Assembly (NCBI RefSeq): GCF_036321535.1
Contig: NC_087436.1
Span: 9,486,001 to 9,550,000, forward strand
Source of the DNA: Camelus dromedarius
Lineage: Eukaryota
DNA: 64,000 nucleotides
Reading direction: 5' to 3'
The position numbers and the translations under genes are program-made. This document shows positions 38,684-51,679 of this stretch, piece by piece (the first letter of the stretch is position 1; each line of letters begins with the position of its first letter). Below the pieces are notes generated by a model. The model did not search any database. It saw nothing but the letters and a program-made list of their open reading frames with translations, and was not told the origin of the DNA.

Positions 38684-38905
38684 TGTAATGGAGCAGGACC
38701 CTGTGGGGCATTCCTGGGACAGACCCCACCCCCAAAAACCACCACCAAAGGGATGAAATTAGATTAGATGACCCTGAGCACATTGCCCCCAGACCTTCTG
38801 GTGCCCAGGGGTTGGTACTGTTGACCACCCTGTTACCTCATCTTCCACCAATCAGAATTGTGCATGAGCTGATTAGCCATTCCCTGCAACCCTCCTTCCC
38901 TTGCC
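38684..38905 (+). mobile_element. ERV1-type LTR 5' fragment
   Basis: Starts tgtaatggagcaggaccctgtggggc; ccaatcagaattgtgcatgagctgat. Confidence 0.6.
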
Positions 38906-38914
38906 CAGTCTTAC

Positions 38915-39113
38915 CAGAGATTCCAGGAGGCTTCTAGAAGGTAGAAAATCCAGAGAAACAAATTCTTCTCTGGAGCCTCCAGAAGGAACACAGCCCTGCT
39001 GGACTTTTTTAGAAACTCTGACCTCCAAAATTGTAAGAGAATTAAACTACCCTGTCATTTTAAGCAAAGAAATTTATAATAATTTGTTACAGCAGCAATA
39101 GGAAACTAATACA
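38915..39113 (+). mobile_element. MLT1C/D LTR 3' part
   Basis: ttcttctctggagcctccagaaggaacacagccctgc...atttgttacagcagcaataggaaactaataca. Confidence 0.9.
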
Positions 39114-40554
39114 CCAACTTCTTTAATTTTTTACTTCTGGCTTTCTCTTAAGGCCCTGATGATCAGATTTTAGTCCCAGTTACTCCAGGCCAAAGACACT
39201 GTTGAATTCTGTTCTATTAAAACTAGCAATCAGTTCACAGCCTTAATCCTTCATCAAATTTAACTAATTAGTAGAAGAAAACATAATTAGTCACTGTCAC
39301 TGCTAATGGAGAAATAGGAAAAAGTGTTTCCTTTAGAATCAATAACAATATTGTTTTAATGAATATTTTACAGAAATTTCTTGTTAGCAAGATAACATTT
39401 TTATATAATAACAATAAATAAAATACTGAATGAATACACAGAATGCATACAATAATCTGTGCCCAAAGTACTATGGATAAATTTCTGGATGTAATTTTCT
39501 ATATAAAAGGAAACTTCACTTCTGTATGTAAGAAATCATCTGTTAGAAAAAATTATTAAAAGTAGAATTCATAATACAGTAAAAAGTACTAAAGAATAAA
39601 GCAAAATATGAGGTGAAATTTATAAAGAGTAAAAGGATTTCTTGCAGAACATTAAAGAAGATAAGGTATTGAATAGAAAGACTTGACATCATAGCAACAA
39701 GGAAAAGAAGTTGGGCAGAAATGCTGTACCAGGTTATGAGACTTGTCATAAATGTTGGTATATTTGTGCAGGAATAGGCAAAAGGAGTCTTATCAAATAT
39801 AAAACATACATATATATGTATATATGTGTGTGTATATAGATACATATGTATATATATAAAATCACATTTATTGAAGATTGATTTTTCAGAGATGCCATTG
39901 CAAATCGTTGGGGACAAGTGTCTATTCAAAATTGAAACTGGAAAGTTCAAACATAAAAAACTGAACAACAAGTTTATGTATATATAAACGTGTATATACA
40001 AACACAGACATATAAATGATAAAACATTTAAGGAATACAAGAGAGGTAACATAAACATAAAGTACAGTTGCATGAGTAAAAGTGAAGGAGGAAAGGCGGT
40101 AGATCGGCTTGGGAGGAACCTACTATGAATTTTCAGAAGTATCAGCAACCAGTTACCTTAACGTGGTGGTAAGAATTTGTTGCAAGGATTCTTTAAAATA
40201 TATATATATGTATATATATACACAAACCCATGCATATACATATATAAACACACATATAAAGCTGTGTTATATGGATTTTATATGTATAATGACTTCCATT
40301 ATAATAAATACAAAAAATTAATAAAATTTAAAAGATAAATGTGAATGAGAAGTAAGGTATTTTACATGATAAACTCAGAGATGAATGCAGTAAGGGCATT
40401 ATGAGAGTTAGTGATTGAATGAGAAATGTACTTACCCCAAGGAGATGTATTTTACCTCTATATATGCTAATACAGAATGTAATAAAGGAGTGTTTAAAAA
40501 CACAGAACAAAGCAGGTAAACTCAAGTTCCTTAAAGATACATTGGAATATAGAA

Positions 40555-40690
40555 AATGCAACTTCCAGAAGGGCAGATAGTTTCATCTGCCTTCTTCGCT
40601 GTGAAAACCTAATACATGGAACAGTGCTTGGCATAGACTAGGTGCATGATTGATATTTGCTGAATGAATATGTTGAGTGAATTAATGAAG
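40555..40690 (+). mobile_element. L2 3' terminus
   Basis: ttccagaagggcaga...aacagtgcttggcatag...tatttgctgaatgaat. Confidence 0.8.
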
Positions 40691-41549
40691 AGAAAAAAAT
40701 AACTCTGAACACAAGAACACATGGTTTTGGAAGGGTTGTCATTGTGATTGGGCTGCATTTGGTGTCTGTTTCTGTGATTGTGGACTTTTTGTCTCTGGTT
40801 TCTTCTGTTTCGTGTGTGTGTGCATACACGTGTATGTGTGCATATGTTTGTGCTTTTTTCTTCCTATTTGAAGCTGTTATATCTTTTAATTTGCTGTTGC
40901 CTTTTTGTTCTAGGCAGATAGACAAAATGGTGGAGAATCGTACAGTGAAGAAACAGACGGAAGTCTAAATGTGTCGTTTGGAAACTGTTCCAGACTTAAG
41001 GGAGATGAGTAAAAACACTCTTAAGGGTTCTTTTAGATTATTCAATTTGTTTCAATCCAAACAGGAATAATGCAAATAATAGCACACATGGTCTGCTTCC
41101 AACCTGATTAGCTGCCTAGTCATTACATTTATTGTAACAAATGTCTAGTTCTATTAACAATTAAGACATTATTTTATATCAGTCATATAATTATCTAAGA
41201 AAGCCAAGGACAAGTGGGATATTTCTTTAATCAGGTGAAAGCATCCTGATTCCAAGTACCAAAATATTCTAAAATTACAACTGTTTACTCTTATTTCCAG
41301 AATAAAGAGCTTTAATATTCAAAAGGATGTTCATTCCAAATTCTTATTTTTGTTTGTTTTCAGAAGATAAAAGTCTATTCTTAAAGAAGACAATGAATGG
41401 AAATTTAGCAGGAAAAACATTTGAATGTAAAAGGAAGAAGAAAGAATTATTTTAGAAAGCAATGATATTCTGAAATTAAAAATCAAGATAGATGGATATT
41501 TTTAAAAGCTATGTCATACTATGGAAAGCCATCTGAAAATAAATATATA

Positions 41550-41610
41550 TAGCTGTACACTAGAAAAAATTGACATCTTGTAAGTTAACTATACTTCAAT
41601 AAAACATTTA
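41550..41610 (+). mobile_element. Very short L1 3' tip
   Basis: gctgtacactagaaa...ttgtaagttaactatacttcaataaaa. Confidence 0.6.
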
Positions 41611-42064
41611 AGTCTCAAGAGTAAAAAAGTTAATATATATAAATATTTGATAAATTAATTAGTTTCTTCTTTTCATAAGAGGGCATGTTCAACTATTAAC
41701 TCGAATCTCCTTGTATTCTATATGTTCTACATATGGAAACACTCAAAGGAGACACAAAAAAATAATTCTATATTTGGACCAAATAAAAACCATCTAGATA
41801 ATTCAGAAACTGTTTCCTACATAATTTGGAAATTGTGTTTTGGCACCTTTCATTAAATTGTCAGGCTAAATATTACGGCATTACTGAAATATTGAGAAAG
41901 ACTTACCTGAGCCCCGTAAGCATAATTTTCCAGAATGTAGGAAGTGGAATGCTTTATCACTGAGGAACTTTCACATGTCAATGAATTTTACTGGTTAAAT
42001 TCTGCTATGTTCATTCTGTTAGAAGAATTAAAAGTTAATTTGTTAAATTATTCATGTAGGCACC

Positions 42065-42103
42065 TATTTCAGTCAGGGTTTTAAGAAAAACAGAGCCAAT
42101 AAG

Positions 42104-42161
<58 letters not shown>

Positions 42162-42185
42162 TATGTATACATGTATATATGTATA
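42065..42185 (-). mobile_element. MLT2 terminus with (TG)n microsatellite (~42105-42159)
   Basis: agtcagggttttaagaaaaacagagccaataagata followed by a TG run. Confidence 0.7.
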
Positions 42186-43584
42186 AATCCCAAGCATGTT
42201 TTGTCAATTTTAACTTAATCTCCTTCTGGGAGTTGATAGATTCTCCTCTTACTGTTGCAAATGGAAATCAAAGAAGAATTATTATTAATTCAAATGTTTC
42301 CTTCTAGAGAAGCAGAACATAGGATAATTCAGTGGCCCGCAAAAACTTTAGAATTAGGAATGGAAGTATATGGACTCAGGATATGAAGATATTATTCAGA
42401 AAAAAAGTTCAATTTTTTTTTTTAATCTTAGGACATAATTTACAGTTTTGATGGATGTTCACTGCTATCCAGAAGGAGGGAAAAAGAAGGAAAAAGTTAG
42501 AAAGTAAAGGTTTTTAAACTTCTAAGACTACTCTAATGCTGTTACTTAAATCATATTTTATTTTATTATTATTAACTTATATATCAATTTATGCCATAAA
42601 GGAATGAAGTGGCTTCCAGAAAAATAGAACCTAAAATAAAAAAATAACTGTTTGGAAATAGGAGAATATAAAGTCAGTAGGAAGGTTAGAATTTATCATT
42701 GAAATCTGTAATTGAATGTTTAGTTGATAAATATGGGCAGAAAATTCCTCTCTAAGTTCTAAGCAAAGTAAACATACGAATAGTTTCACAAAATTCTAGG
42801 ACAGAAGCTGTAGAGTGACAAAAACTTGAATAAGTTTCATGAGATAAAAAGTGTCCAAAGACAAAAATCTTCAAAAATATCATTTTTCCTCTGCCATCAA
42901 GAGACAAAAATATGACTTAGGTCAATTACTTTCACTGTAGTCTATAAACTTCACTTTAAAAAATTGGTCTCACAGCAGTAACAAGCGATAATAAAAATAC
43001 ATTTCTCCTAATGGATGAAACAAGTTGCATAAGATAAAAAGTGTCCAAAGAGAAAAAGCTATCAACGTCTTTATAGAAGCCTTTAGGCAATTGGCCAACT
43101 CACTGTGTAGAATTATAGGTCGTCAAGTAACCTTATAAAAATGAGAAATCAGTTCTGAAGAGGACAGTTTGTCCTAGACAGCACATGGAGCACTTTGCAG
43201 ACAGAAGACTTGAATTTTAATCTCTACCCTTTCATCCAGAATTTTTTAGATTATACCAAAGGCAATGGCAAACTGACAATGAATCTTCTAATCCCAAACT
43301 AAGAGTATTTTACTATGTGACCATGAAATAGATTCTTGGTTTTTGTATAATAACTTTTTTCTACATAAAAAGAAAAGGATTTTTCTTCCTTTTTTGTATA
43401 ATCATCTTTTTCATGTCTCACCCCTCAAGTTTCATCAATTGTATTCTCTCTTTTTTCCTTTCATTCTTTATATTTCAATTGCCCCTAGTATGTGGAAGAC
43501 TTTTTATTTGTATGAGATAACAGTGATGGGAGTACCTCTTCAAATTTATCACTGCAGTTAGTGCTTAAACAAGACACAGAGTCC

Positions 43585-43870
43585 TGTTTAAGAATGCAGA
43601 CTCTGGAATCAGAGTGCCTCTTTCCAGGTTCCAGGTTTGCCGTGTACCAGATGTGCAACCACAGGCAAATTACTTAACCTCCCTGAAAAGGTTATATTTA
43701 TAAAATTTATAAATACAAATTTTAAAAATGTAATTTTAATTTTTATAAAATGAAATGAAAACAATAAGAATTTGTAAAATGGAAACAATAAGAATAACTC
43801 CTTCATAGTATTGGTACTAAAATCAAATGAATTAATATTTATACAGCACATAGTGAGTTCTATATGGATG
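43585..43870 (+). mobile_element. MIR SINE with AT-rich insertion and short duplication
   Basis: agactctggaatcaga...ggcaaattacttaacctc...tgtaaaatgg. Confidence 0.75.
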
Positions 43871-45139
43871 CCAAACACAAATGTATAAAAAGATGCCCAT
43901 CCGACAATCTTTATGTTGTAGGTTTTTGTAATTCTGCAGCCCTTTCATCTGATTATTTTGTTGTCCTATTAATGGATTCTCAGCAATTATTAGAAGGTGG
44001 AATTTTGAAAAAGCTAGTATTTATTTTCTAGAAATAGAGACCTTTGACTTACGCTGACTTCCAAAATAATTGTGATAGACTATAGATAGATAATTTTTAT
44101 CAAGCCAAATTTATTTGTGGTATCCTTTCAAAAACACCATTATGATCATGAAAGAATATTGTTTCACCTAATGCAAAGTCATTTAGGAAGAATTTCCTGC
44201 TCAATAAAGATGTTTTTCTTACAAAATTGAACACACATCCATTCTGGCCAAAGCAACAGTGGAAGCTGATTACATGTCAGCTACATTAGACAGAGTGTCC
44301 TGCTTTATAATTGCTGTGCTGGCCTGAAAATCCTGGAGAAAGATTATGTGACAGCTGTTCCCCTCTTTGTCCATAAAATTGAAATGTTTGTTTCATAAAG
44401 CAATCCCTGGAACTTGAGTTTGTTTTTAATATGCAAGTAATAGATGTATTGAAATAAGGAAAATGGAAAAAGATAATGATACGAAACGGTTAACTCTCAT
44501 TGTCCTTGCCCCATGATTTTTATATCTTTATTTGGTAATAACTCGGTATATAGAGTGCATGTGTGCTTGTGTGTATAGAAACATTCTTATATAACATATA
44601 AATGTGTAAAAAATGCATATATATGTTTTTCTTCTATGACTTAATATGAAAGATCAGAAACATAGAAAGAGGCTATAGGGAAAAATAAAAGAATAGGGAC
44701 TATAATCCACTATATATAACCCACTAAATGGGCACTTTACCTGCCCTGTATAACATTCAGAGAGTGTATTTCTTTACAATGCAAAATTGTAACATAGAAT
44801 TTAAATCAAGACTTATATCATAAATCTAGACATTTAATTTTAATTAGAATTATGTAAAGCAATAATCAATAAAATATTTTTAAAGAAATATTTGGCAGCA
44901 TTCTTCCACAAGCTGAAGTCCTCTCTTTCTCTTTCCATCCCTACCCTCCCTTTTTTACATAAACATGCATTGCTTTGTGTTACTTTAACATTTTTATAGC
45001 TAAGACTTTAAAAATTTGTTGTCTAATAAAGTATTTCTTTCTCTTACTAAACCAAGTGTTTTAAAGAATGAGATTATCTCTTTCTCCATCTTTGCATTTC
45101 CAGCACCCGGAAATTATGTGTGTAAGTCTTTAGATCAAG

Positions 45140-45660
45140 AAAGAGTCCTCGCTGAAGATGCCACACGGATGATATTCAATTGGATAAGATCATCAAGGCA
45201 GGAAAAGAGAATTGGTGAGATGAACTGGAAGCAGCAAAAGAAAACTGAACAAAAATCTTCCAGCACTTCCATAAAGAGAACTATAGTGTGATGTTCTTGA
45301 AGCTAAGTGAAAAAGGTATGTTATGAGAAAGCAGATGTAAATGTTGAGAAGTAAACCAGGATAAAGCTAGAAACTGGTTATTGGATTTGGCAATGTAGAA
45401 ATCTTTAGTGACGTTCGTAATTCCAGGTTGGATGGAATTGTGAAGGTCAAAGCCTATGGGAGTTTATCTAACGGAAAACAGAGAGGGAAATATTGGAGAC
45501 AGGGAGTATAGAGAACTCTTTTCAGGCATTTTATTGCAAAAAGAAGCAGAGATATTAGATGGTAGTATGAGTGTATGTCAGGTCAAAAAAAAAAAAAAGA
45601 GTTTTGTATTGCTTCCTTTTCCCATATGGGAGAAAAAGAGGTTGTTGGCATATTTTATAT
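45140..45660 (-). mobile_element. L2 fragment
   Basis: attggatttggcaatgtagaaatctttagtgac...ttggagacagggagtatagagaactcttttcagg. Confidence 0.7.
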
Positions 45661-45682
45661 TATGAATTAAATAATATAGAAG

Positions 45683-46207
45683 CATTACCTCCAAAAGGGA
45701 AGGGAAATCACCCTGGTTCTTGTCTTACCTGAAAGAGAAGAATTCAAATAGAAGATGGATTTTAAAGAAAGATTTTATTTAGCAGAAGGAAAGTACACCT
45801 TCAAGAATGGGAGGTGGGATGCTCCAAGGGCAGATACCAGCCCCAATGTTTGCTTGGTTGCCTGTCTTAAACTCTCCCTTAGAGGTGGTCTCTTGACTGA
45901 TTGACAGCAGTGCTTAGTCATACTCATCCCCTTTTGCGCATGTCCTTACAATGCACACAGACAAACCCATGGGTGGGGGCTAAACCGCAATGCTAATTAC
46001 ATGACAATGAGCACTGGTCATGTCTGGTTAGGTCTTTGTGCTACCACGCAGTCATGGCTGTCGGATTCTAAATGGTTTCTGGCTGGCACTCATTTAGGAG
46101 AAGTAAAGCCCCTTTATGCTGGAGGTGGGCATACTTTATCTTCCAGACCCTGCTTCCTCTCCTCCACCTTATCTACCTAGTGCCCCCACTTATCTAACTA
46201 CCTAACA
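45683..46207 (-). mobile_element. Solo LTR (ERV1-type), 525 bp, 4-bp TSD GAAG
   Basis: gaag|cattac...ctaaca|gaag; reverse poly-A signal tttatt at ~45775. Confidence 0.75.
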
Positions 46208-47699
46208 GAAGGAACAATTGATGAAGTGGGAAAGACACAGCAGAACTGAGGTTTTCCTTAGTATGAGTGTCAGCATATAAGCCACTCATACATAACAAAG
46301 AAATTGTGGGCAACTCTTTGCACTGTTTATCACTGAATGCCCCTGACAAAGAAGCAGAACCTTTTGTTTTGAGCACTGATTATTTTGTGTTCATTGGAGT
46401 AGACTGGAAAAGAAATAGTGGAATCAATGTGCGCCTATAATGTATGCAAGAGAGATGGCATTTTGACAATATGTGAATGCCAACATCTATCTGTCTTACT
46501 CACTGAAAACGCTTTGTGATTATACGTTTCTTCACTTTTTTGTGTGTTGGGGGTAAAAACGGCATAGTACAAAAGCTGTCGTATGGCTTCCCCTTGCTAT
46601 GTGTAGAAATCTTTTTATGGTTTAGAGAAATATTTTTCAATCATTTTGTCATTTTTATTCTAACATTGAAACACATACCAATGATGTACCATTGCTGTCT
46701 TCTTCCTTCTAAAGAATGTGTACAGAATGCAAGTGCTGGAAAGTGACATACTTACTGGCATAACCTTGAATTCTTTCCACATAATAAAAATAATAAGCCA
46801 ATCAAATTTTATATTGTAGTGACATGAACTGCAAGTTGGAAGTGGGTACTGTTTCCAAAGATTGAGTTCAGTAAATATATTCTGAGAATCTTATAGCAAA
46901 ATAGCATAGACCCAGAATTTTTTAAAAATACTTTTTTATTTTGAGTAAAAATATTTTGACAACATATGTTTGCCTATTAAAATGTAGTAAATGTAAGATA
47001 ATATATAATGGCTTTTCAAACTAAAATGTTTTGATTTACTTTTGCAATTACGTGACATATTACAAATGTGTTCAAATCACAGAAAAATGACATTGGAGGA
47101 CATCTATGTGAATACTTCAAAAACTAACTTCCAGTACTTCCTTTTGTTTGAGAGATTATTGTCTTGATCTGTTATAATCCACAAATATTCTATAAAAAGA
47201 TCTTTATACATTTTGAGAATTTAAATCAAATATTAACAAGAAGTTTACTATGATTTGTCTACAAGCTTAATTATTTACAGCAAATATTGATAAGAATATA
47301 AAACCAAAAACAAATATTAAATTATAATAATTTAGTCATAGTAATTTAGATAAAATGGGAGTATAAATATCACTAATTTTTAAGAAAAAATACAAGGGCT
47401 AAAAGTGAAAACAAAAATTAAATGCTTTGGTATTTTTACTGTGCAACAGAATTTAAAGATTGGTATAAAAGAATCTGAAATGCGATGCAGATAAAAAGCA
47501 GAGGAAATCTATTTAAGTTGATGTGCCCCCAACCATTATCTCTATCTCTGCCCCAAACATATTTGGTATTAAAAAAAAGAAAACTAAAACAAGTATTTAT
47601 TCTGAAAAAAACAAAGCAAAAAGCTACCATTGACCAACCTATGAGGCTATATACTACATATATATATATATATGTATATATATAAAATATAAATTTCTC

Positions 47700-48045
47700 T
47701 ATAGTACCAAGTACAAACTCATTCTGCTTACCACATGGCAGAGAAACAAGGTGTTGGGACAAGGAACAATGATTTTATTTAGAAAACCAGCAGACCGAGA
47801 TGATGGACTAATGTCCTGGAGAACCATCTTCCCCAAGACAGAATTCAGTCTCCTTTCATACTAAGAAGGGGAGGAGGTGTAGTTGGTTGTTGCAAACATT
47901 TTGGTGTTGGAATCCTTTGTTCCTGCAGCTGTCCATGTAGGTCAGGTCATGGTGCCCTGTAAACCTCCAACAAAACAAACGTTATTTTCTATTCTGCAAC
48001 TTTTTATCTTTATGTGAATGTAAAAGTGGTATTCCTCTAAAGGTT
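47700..48045 (-). mobile_element. ERV1-type LTR, truncated; same family as 51147-51679
   Basis: gcagctgtccatgtaggtcaggtca and cctgtaaacctccaacaa are reverse complements of motifs in the 51147 copy. Confidence 0.85.
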
Positions 48046-48193
48046 ATGGGGGTAATCTGCTTTACTCAAAGTCTACAGATTTAAATGTTAACCACATCTA
48101 CAAAATACTTCCACAGCTATATTTAGAGTGATGTTGGACCACACAACTGGTACCATAGCCTAGCCAAGTTGATATATAAAATTAACCATTTCA
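48046..48193 (-). mobile_element. MLT2 LTR 5' end
   Basis: ggtaatctgctttactcaaagtctacagatttaaatgttaa...cctagccaagttgatatataaaattaaccat. Confidence 0.85.
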
Positions 48194-48819
48194 TATGGAA
48201 AGGCATTGAGTGAACCAGATAGAGCTTACAGGCTAGAAGTTTAGCTAACCCTATGCAACGAAATCTGCGATATTGCCAATATCACTGTAAATGGGTAAAC
48301 ATAAAAGTGAAAATATGAGTTAATGCTGGTCTGAGAAAGGACAAAAAAAAGGTAAAATAATAGCATGATAAATAAAAATACAAAATAAATTAATAAAAAC
48401 AAAGCCCCATTTTTGTTGTATAATAAACAAGTGTGGCTTGACCACATAGCCTTAAAAATTATTACACTATCAAAAAGATAAACTTTACAAGTGACAAATT
48501 TTTCCCCAAAGTTGTTGTACCATATTACACTCCCATTTACATTATTATGAGAACTTGTTTATCCAGTTTAGCTAGAAAATCTTTCCTCATGTTTTCTCAC
48601 CCAAAAGGCAACAAATACAGACAGTTCTTATGGGGGAATTTTACCTTACCTTCAAGATCAAACGATCATTCTCCAATAAAATCCACTTACTGGCAAATGA
48701 GGAAAAGAGATCCGATTCATATTACACATATTATTGTTTGTAAAATTAAACAGGAGCAGTCGAGGATAGAAAACGACATACTGACATGGCTTACGAAACT
48801 AGAGGAAAAAAGGCTAAAA

Positions 48820-49090
48820 TCATCATTATCCTAATTCAAAAGTATATTAAAAAGAAATCAATGGGACTTATCAGGATTGAGTATCCAAAATATAAGGATG
48901 CTTACCTTTAGAAATATTTAATAAATGAAATTAATCCATTATCAAGTAAAATATTTTTAAAAGAAAATATATGGTAATTTAAATATATGGAAAAAAGTAT
49001 TCAGGAAATTTTAATAACCTTCCTTAGTTATTATTATAAAAATAAGCATCAAATAGTTACATAATTAACAAATTTGTGTTCATATATTTC
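48820..49090 (+). mobile_element. Ancient L1 ORF2 (RT) fragment
   Basis: Decayed DQVGFIPGMQGWFNIRKS-like region. Confidence 0.45.
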
Positions 49091-50879
49091 AGTAGTAAAC
49101 CTTAATATATGTGATCTATAAAAGTAATAACCTTCACAGATGACAAAAATGTCTAAAAACAGATGACAAAGAAATTTCTATAGAAAGATTTGCAAACATT
49201 TGAGTAATTAACAAAATATAACTAATGTACATGAAGTCATCAATTCAGAACTAAAATTCATAATTAGTAACTATCCCTTGACTTCATTAATTTCTTTATA
49301 TCTCATTTTCAATAAGGCCAGTATGACTTCTTTTTCCAACAAGTGAAGGAAGCACTCAGGTGCCTGGTATTCAAGCTGTCAGTGATTGCGGGGTTGGTAC
49401 CATGCATTTGTCTGTTAAAAATTCTGGTATTTTTTCCCCCAGCATTAAAAACTGCAAATTTTAGCTCTAAAATTATAGATCTTGTTATTCCAAATTCTAA
49501 ATACATTGCTGAGACAGAATTTCTTAGCAATTCGCTTAAAATTTTAGAAATGGCATATATCTAGAAATATCGTGTCATGAAGAATTGTTTTTATTTTATT
49601 CCTTTAACTGGAAAATTGTACAAACACCCTTTATCACAAATGTCAATGATTTTCTGCAAAATCATTGGAAAATGAGATTATAGTATCTGATGACTTTGAA
49701 GATCATCTCTCAGTGTGTCTCCCTCGTTTTATGAATGAGGAAACAAAATGGTTAGTGAATTTCCCAAAGCCTCTAAATTTTGGCATAACAGGGACTAGCG
49801 TAGAATTAACTAATTCAAAGTTTTATTTATTTTCTAACCACACACCTGTTGAGTGTTTACTTTGTGCCAGGCCTTGCCCTCAGTGCCTTATTGATAATAA
49901 CTCATATAAACCCAGGGCAGTTTTTTTAAATATACCATGGAATTGAATATCTGGAGAAAAATTCTGAAGTACATATCAACCTAGCTTACTTAATACATTT
50001 TCTAAGATAAAGTACATTTTGTTCATTTCTCTATCTCACTGGTCTATGCTGAAATTTGGTTACTTGAATCATTTGAGTTCTGTTTATGATTAATTTTCTG
50101 CCATGAAATTAATTTATTCAGCAATTATCATAATAATGAGAATCGATATCTTACTGTGTTTAGATAATGCTGTTCTAAAACCCATACACGTTCTTTTTTT
50201 TTTTTTTTTTTTTTTAACATCTCTAGTGATTTCCGCACTCAGAGCCAGTGAGTTGCTGGCTTAGAAATTGCCTTTAGAAGAATAGGAATGGCAGAATTCA
50301 CAATGGCTTATGTGAGCAACTCAGCAAAATTCTAGTACTTGTTCTGATGAAGCAAATGATGGTGCTATTTATTAATCTGTTGCAGGCCCAACTTCACCTG
50401 GAAAAATGAAAACAGACTGGGAAAGGACCAACTCCCAGTCATGTGTGTAAACTTATGATGCAATGACCAAGCCTTCATCTCCCCAGTGCCTTCCAACAAT
50501 TATCCAACACATCAAACCAAAAGAGAAAGAAACAATTATATGTAATATGAAAAAAACATATATTTTGTAAGTATTTTTAAAATATTTTTTGATGCTAGAA
50601 ATTTAAGGCACCTACAGAATAATCACAAGTACTCTCATAAACTGATCGGCCACAGAATAATCACAAGGGGCAAATGGGGTACATTTTCATAGGGAAAAAA
50701 TTAGAACCAATTAGTTTTGTGCCTATGCTCTGGGCTTTTTCCTTAAATTAAGCCATGAGATTCAACCAGTTGGATAATTCAGTTTTAGTATAATTTGGAA
50801 CAGAAAATCTGAGTGTCTTTAAGTATTAATTTTATTAATAACTAATACAGTTACCAATTTGTTTTCCGTAAAATTGAAT

Positions 50880-51110
50880 ATGGTACTGTGATTATAATCA
50901 GAGAACTTGGTGTCTGACTGCCTGGGTTTGCATCCCTTTTCTCTCATTTACACACTGTGTAAGTTAAGATACATTCCTTAACCTTTCTGTTCTTCAGTTT
51001 CCTTTAAAATATACTTGTACCCACCTCATGAGTTATTGTTAGAGTGCAATAGGTTAAGATATGCAATGAGCTTAAGCAATGTGGATGCGTAGCAAGCTTT
51101 CTGCATTTTC
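50880..51110 (+). mobile_element. MIR SINE
   Basis: tctgactgcctgggtttgcatccc...cttaacctttctgttcttcagtttcct...acctcatgagttattgt. Confidence 0.8.
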
Positions 51111-51146
51111 TCTTATTATGCATCAAGTCACATTCCTTAGACAGAC

Positions 51147-51679
51147 TGTAACAGGGAAGAACAAATCTGACTCTGTATGAAATCTGTTCCTGTAGCTCTG
51201 ACCCTGTGCTCTGTTTCCTGTGCTCTGTTTCCTGGGCTCAGTCATGCTGGTTCTGCACCTTTTGTAAAAGGATGTTGCCTGGAGCCTGAAATATACGGGA
51301 GAGCCCATTCTCAAGGCTCTGACCTTTAAGGGTGCAACACTTTTCCATTCATATAGAGATAAAAGGTAACAGAACAGAGAGTAAAATTTGTCTTGTTGGA
51401 GGTTTACAGGAACACTGTGACCTGACCCACGTGGACAGCTGCAAGAACAAAGGAGTCCAACACCAAGAAGTCTGCAACAACCAACCACACCTCCTCCCCT
51501 TTTAGTATAAAAGAAGCCTAAATTCTAACTCTGATAAAATGGTTCTTTGGGACACTAGTCCACCATCTTCTTGGTAAGCTGGCTTTCTGAATAAAATCAC
51601 CATTCCTTGCCCCAACACTTCATCTCTAGATTTATTGGCCGGTCATGAGGTGAGCAATCAGAGCTTCAACTCAATAATG
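51147..51679 (+). mobile_element. Full-length solo LTR (ERV1-type)
   Basis: Starts tgtaaca; TATAAA at ~51507; AATAAA at ~51590; internal 14-bp tandem cctgtgctctgttt. Confidence 0.85.

Noticed and set aside
39543..40148. Longest ORF (201 aa, minus strand)
   Set aside because: Non-ATG start, F/L/I-rich composition from AT-rich and TA/CA repeats, no recognisable domain
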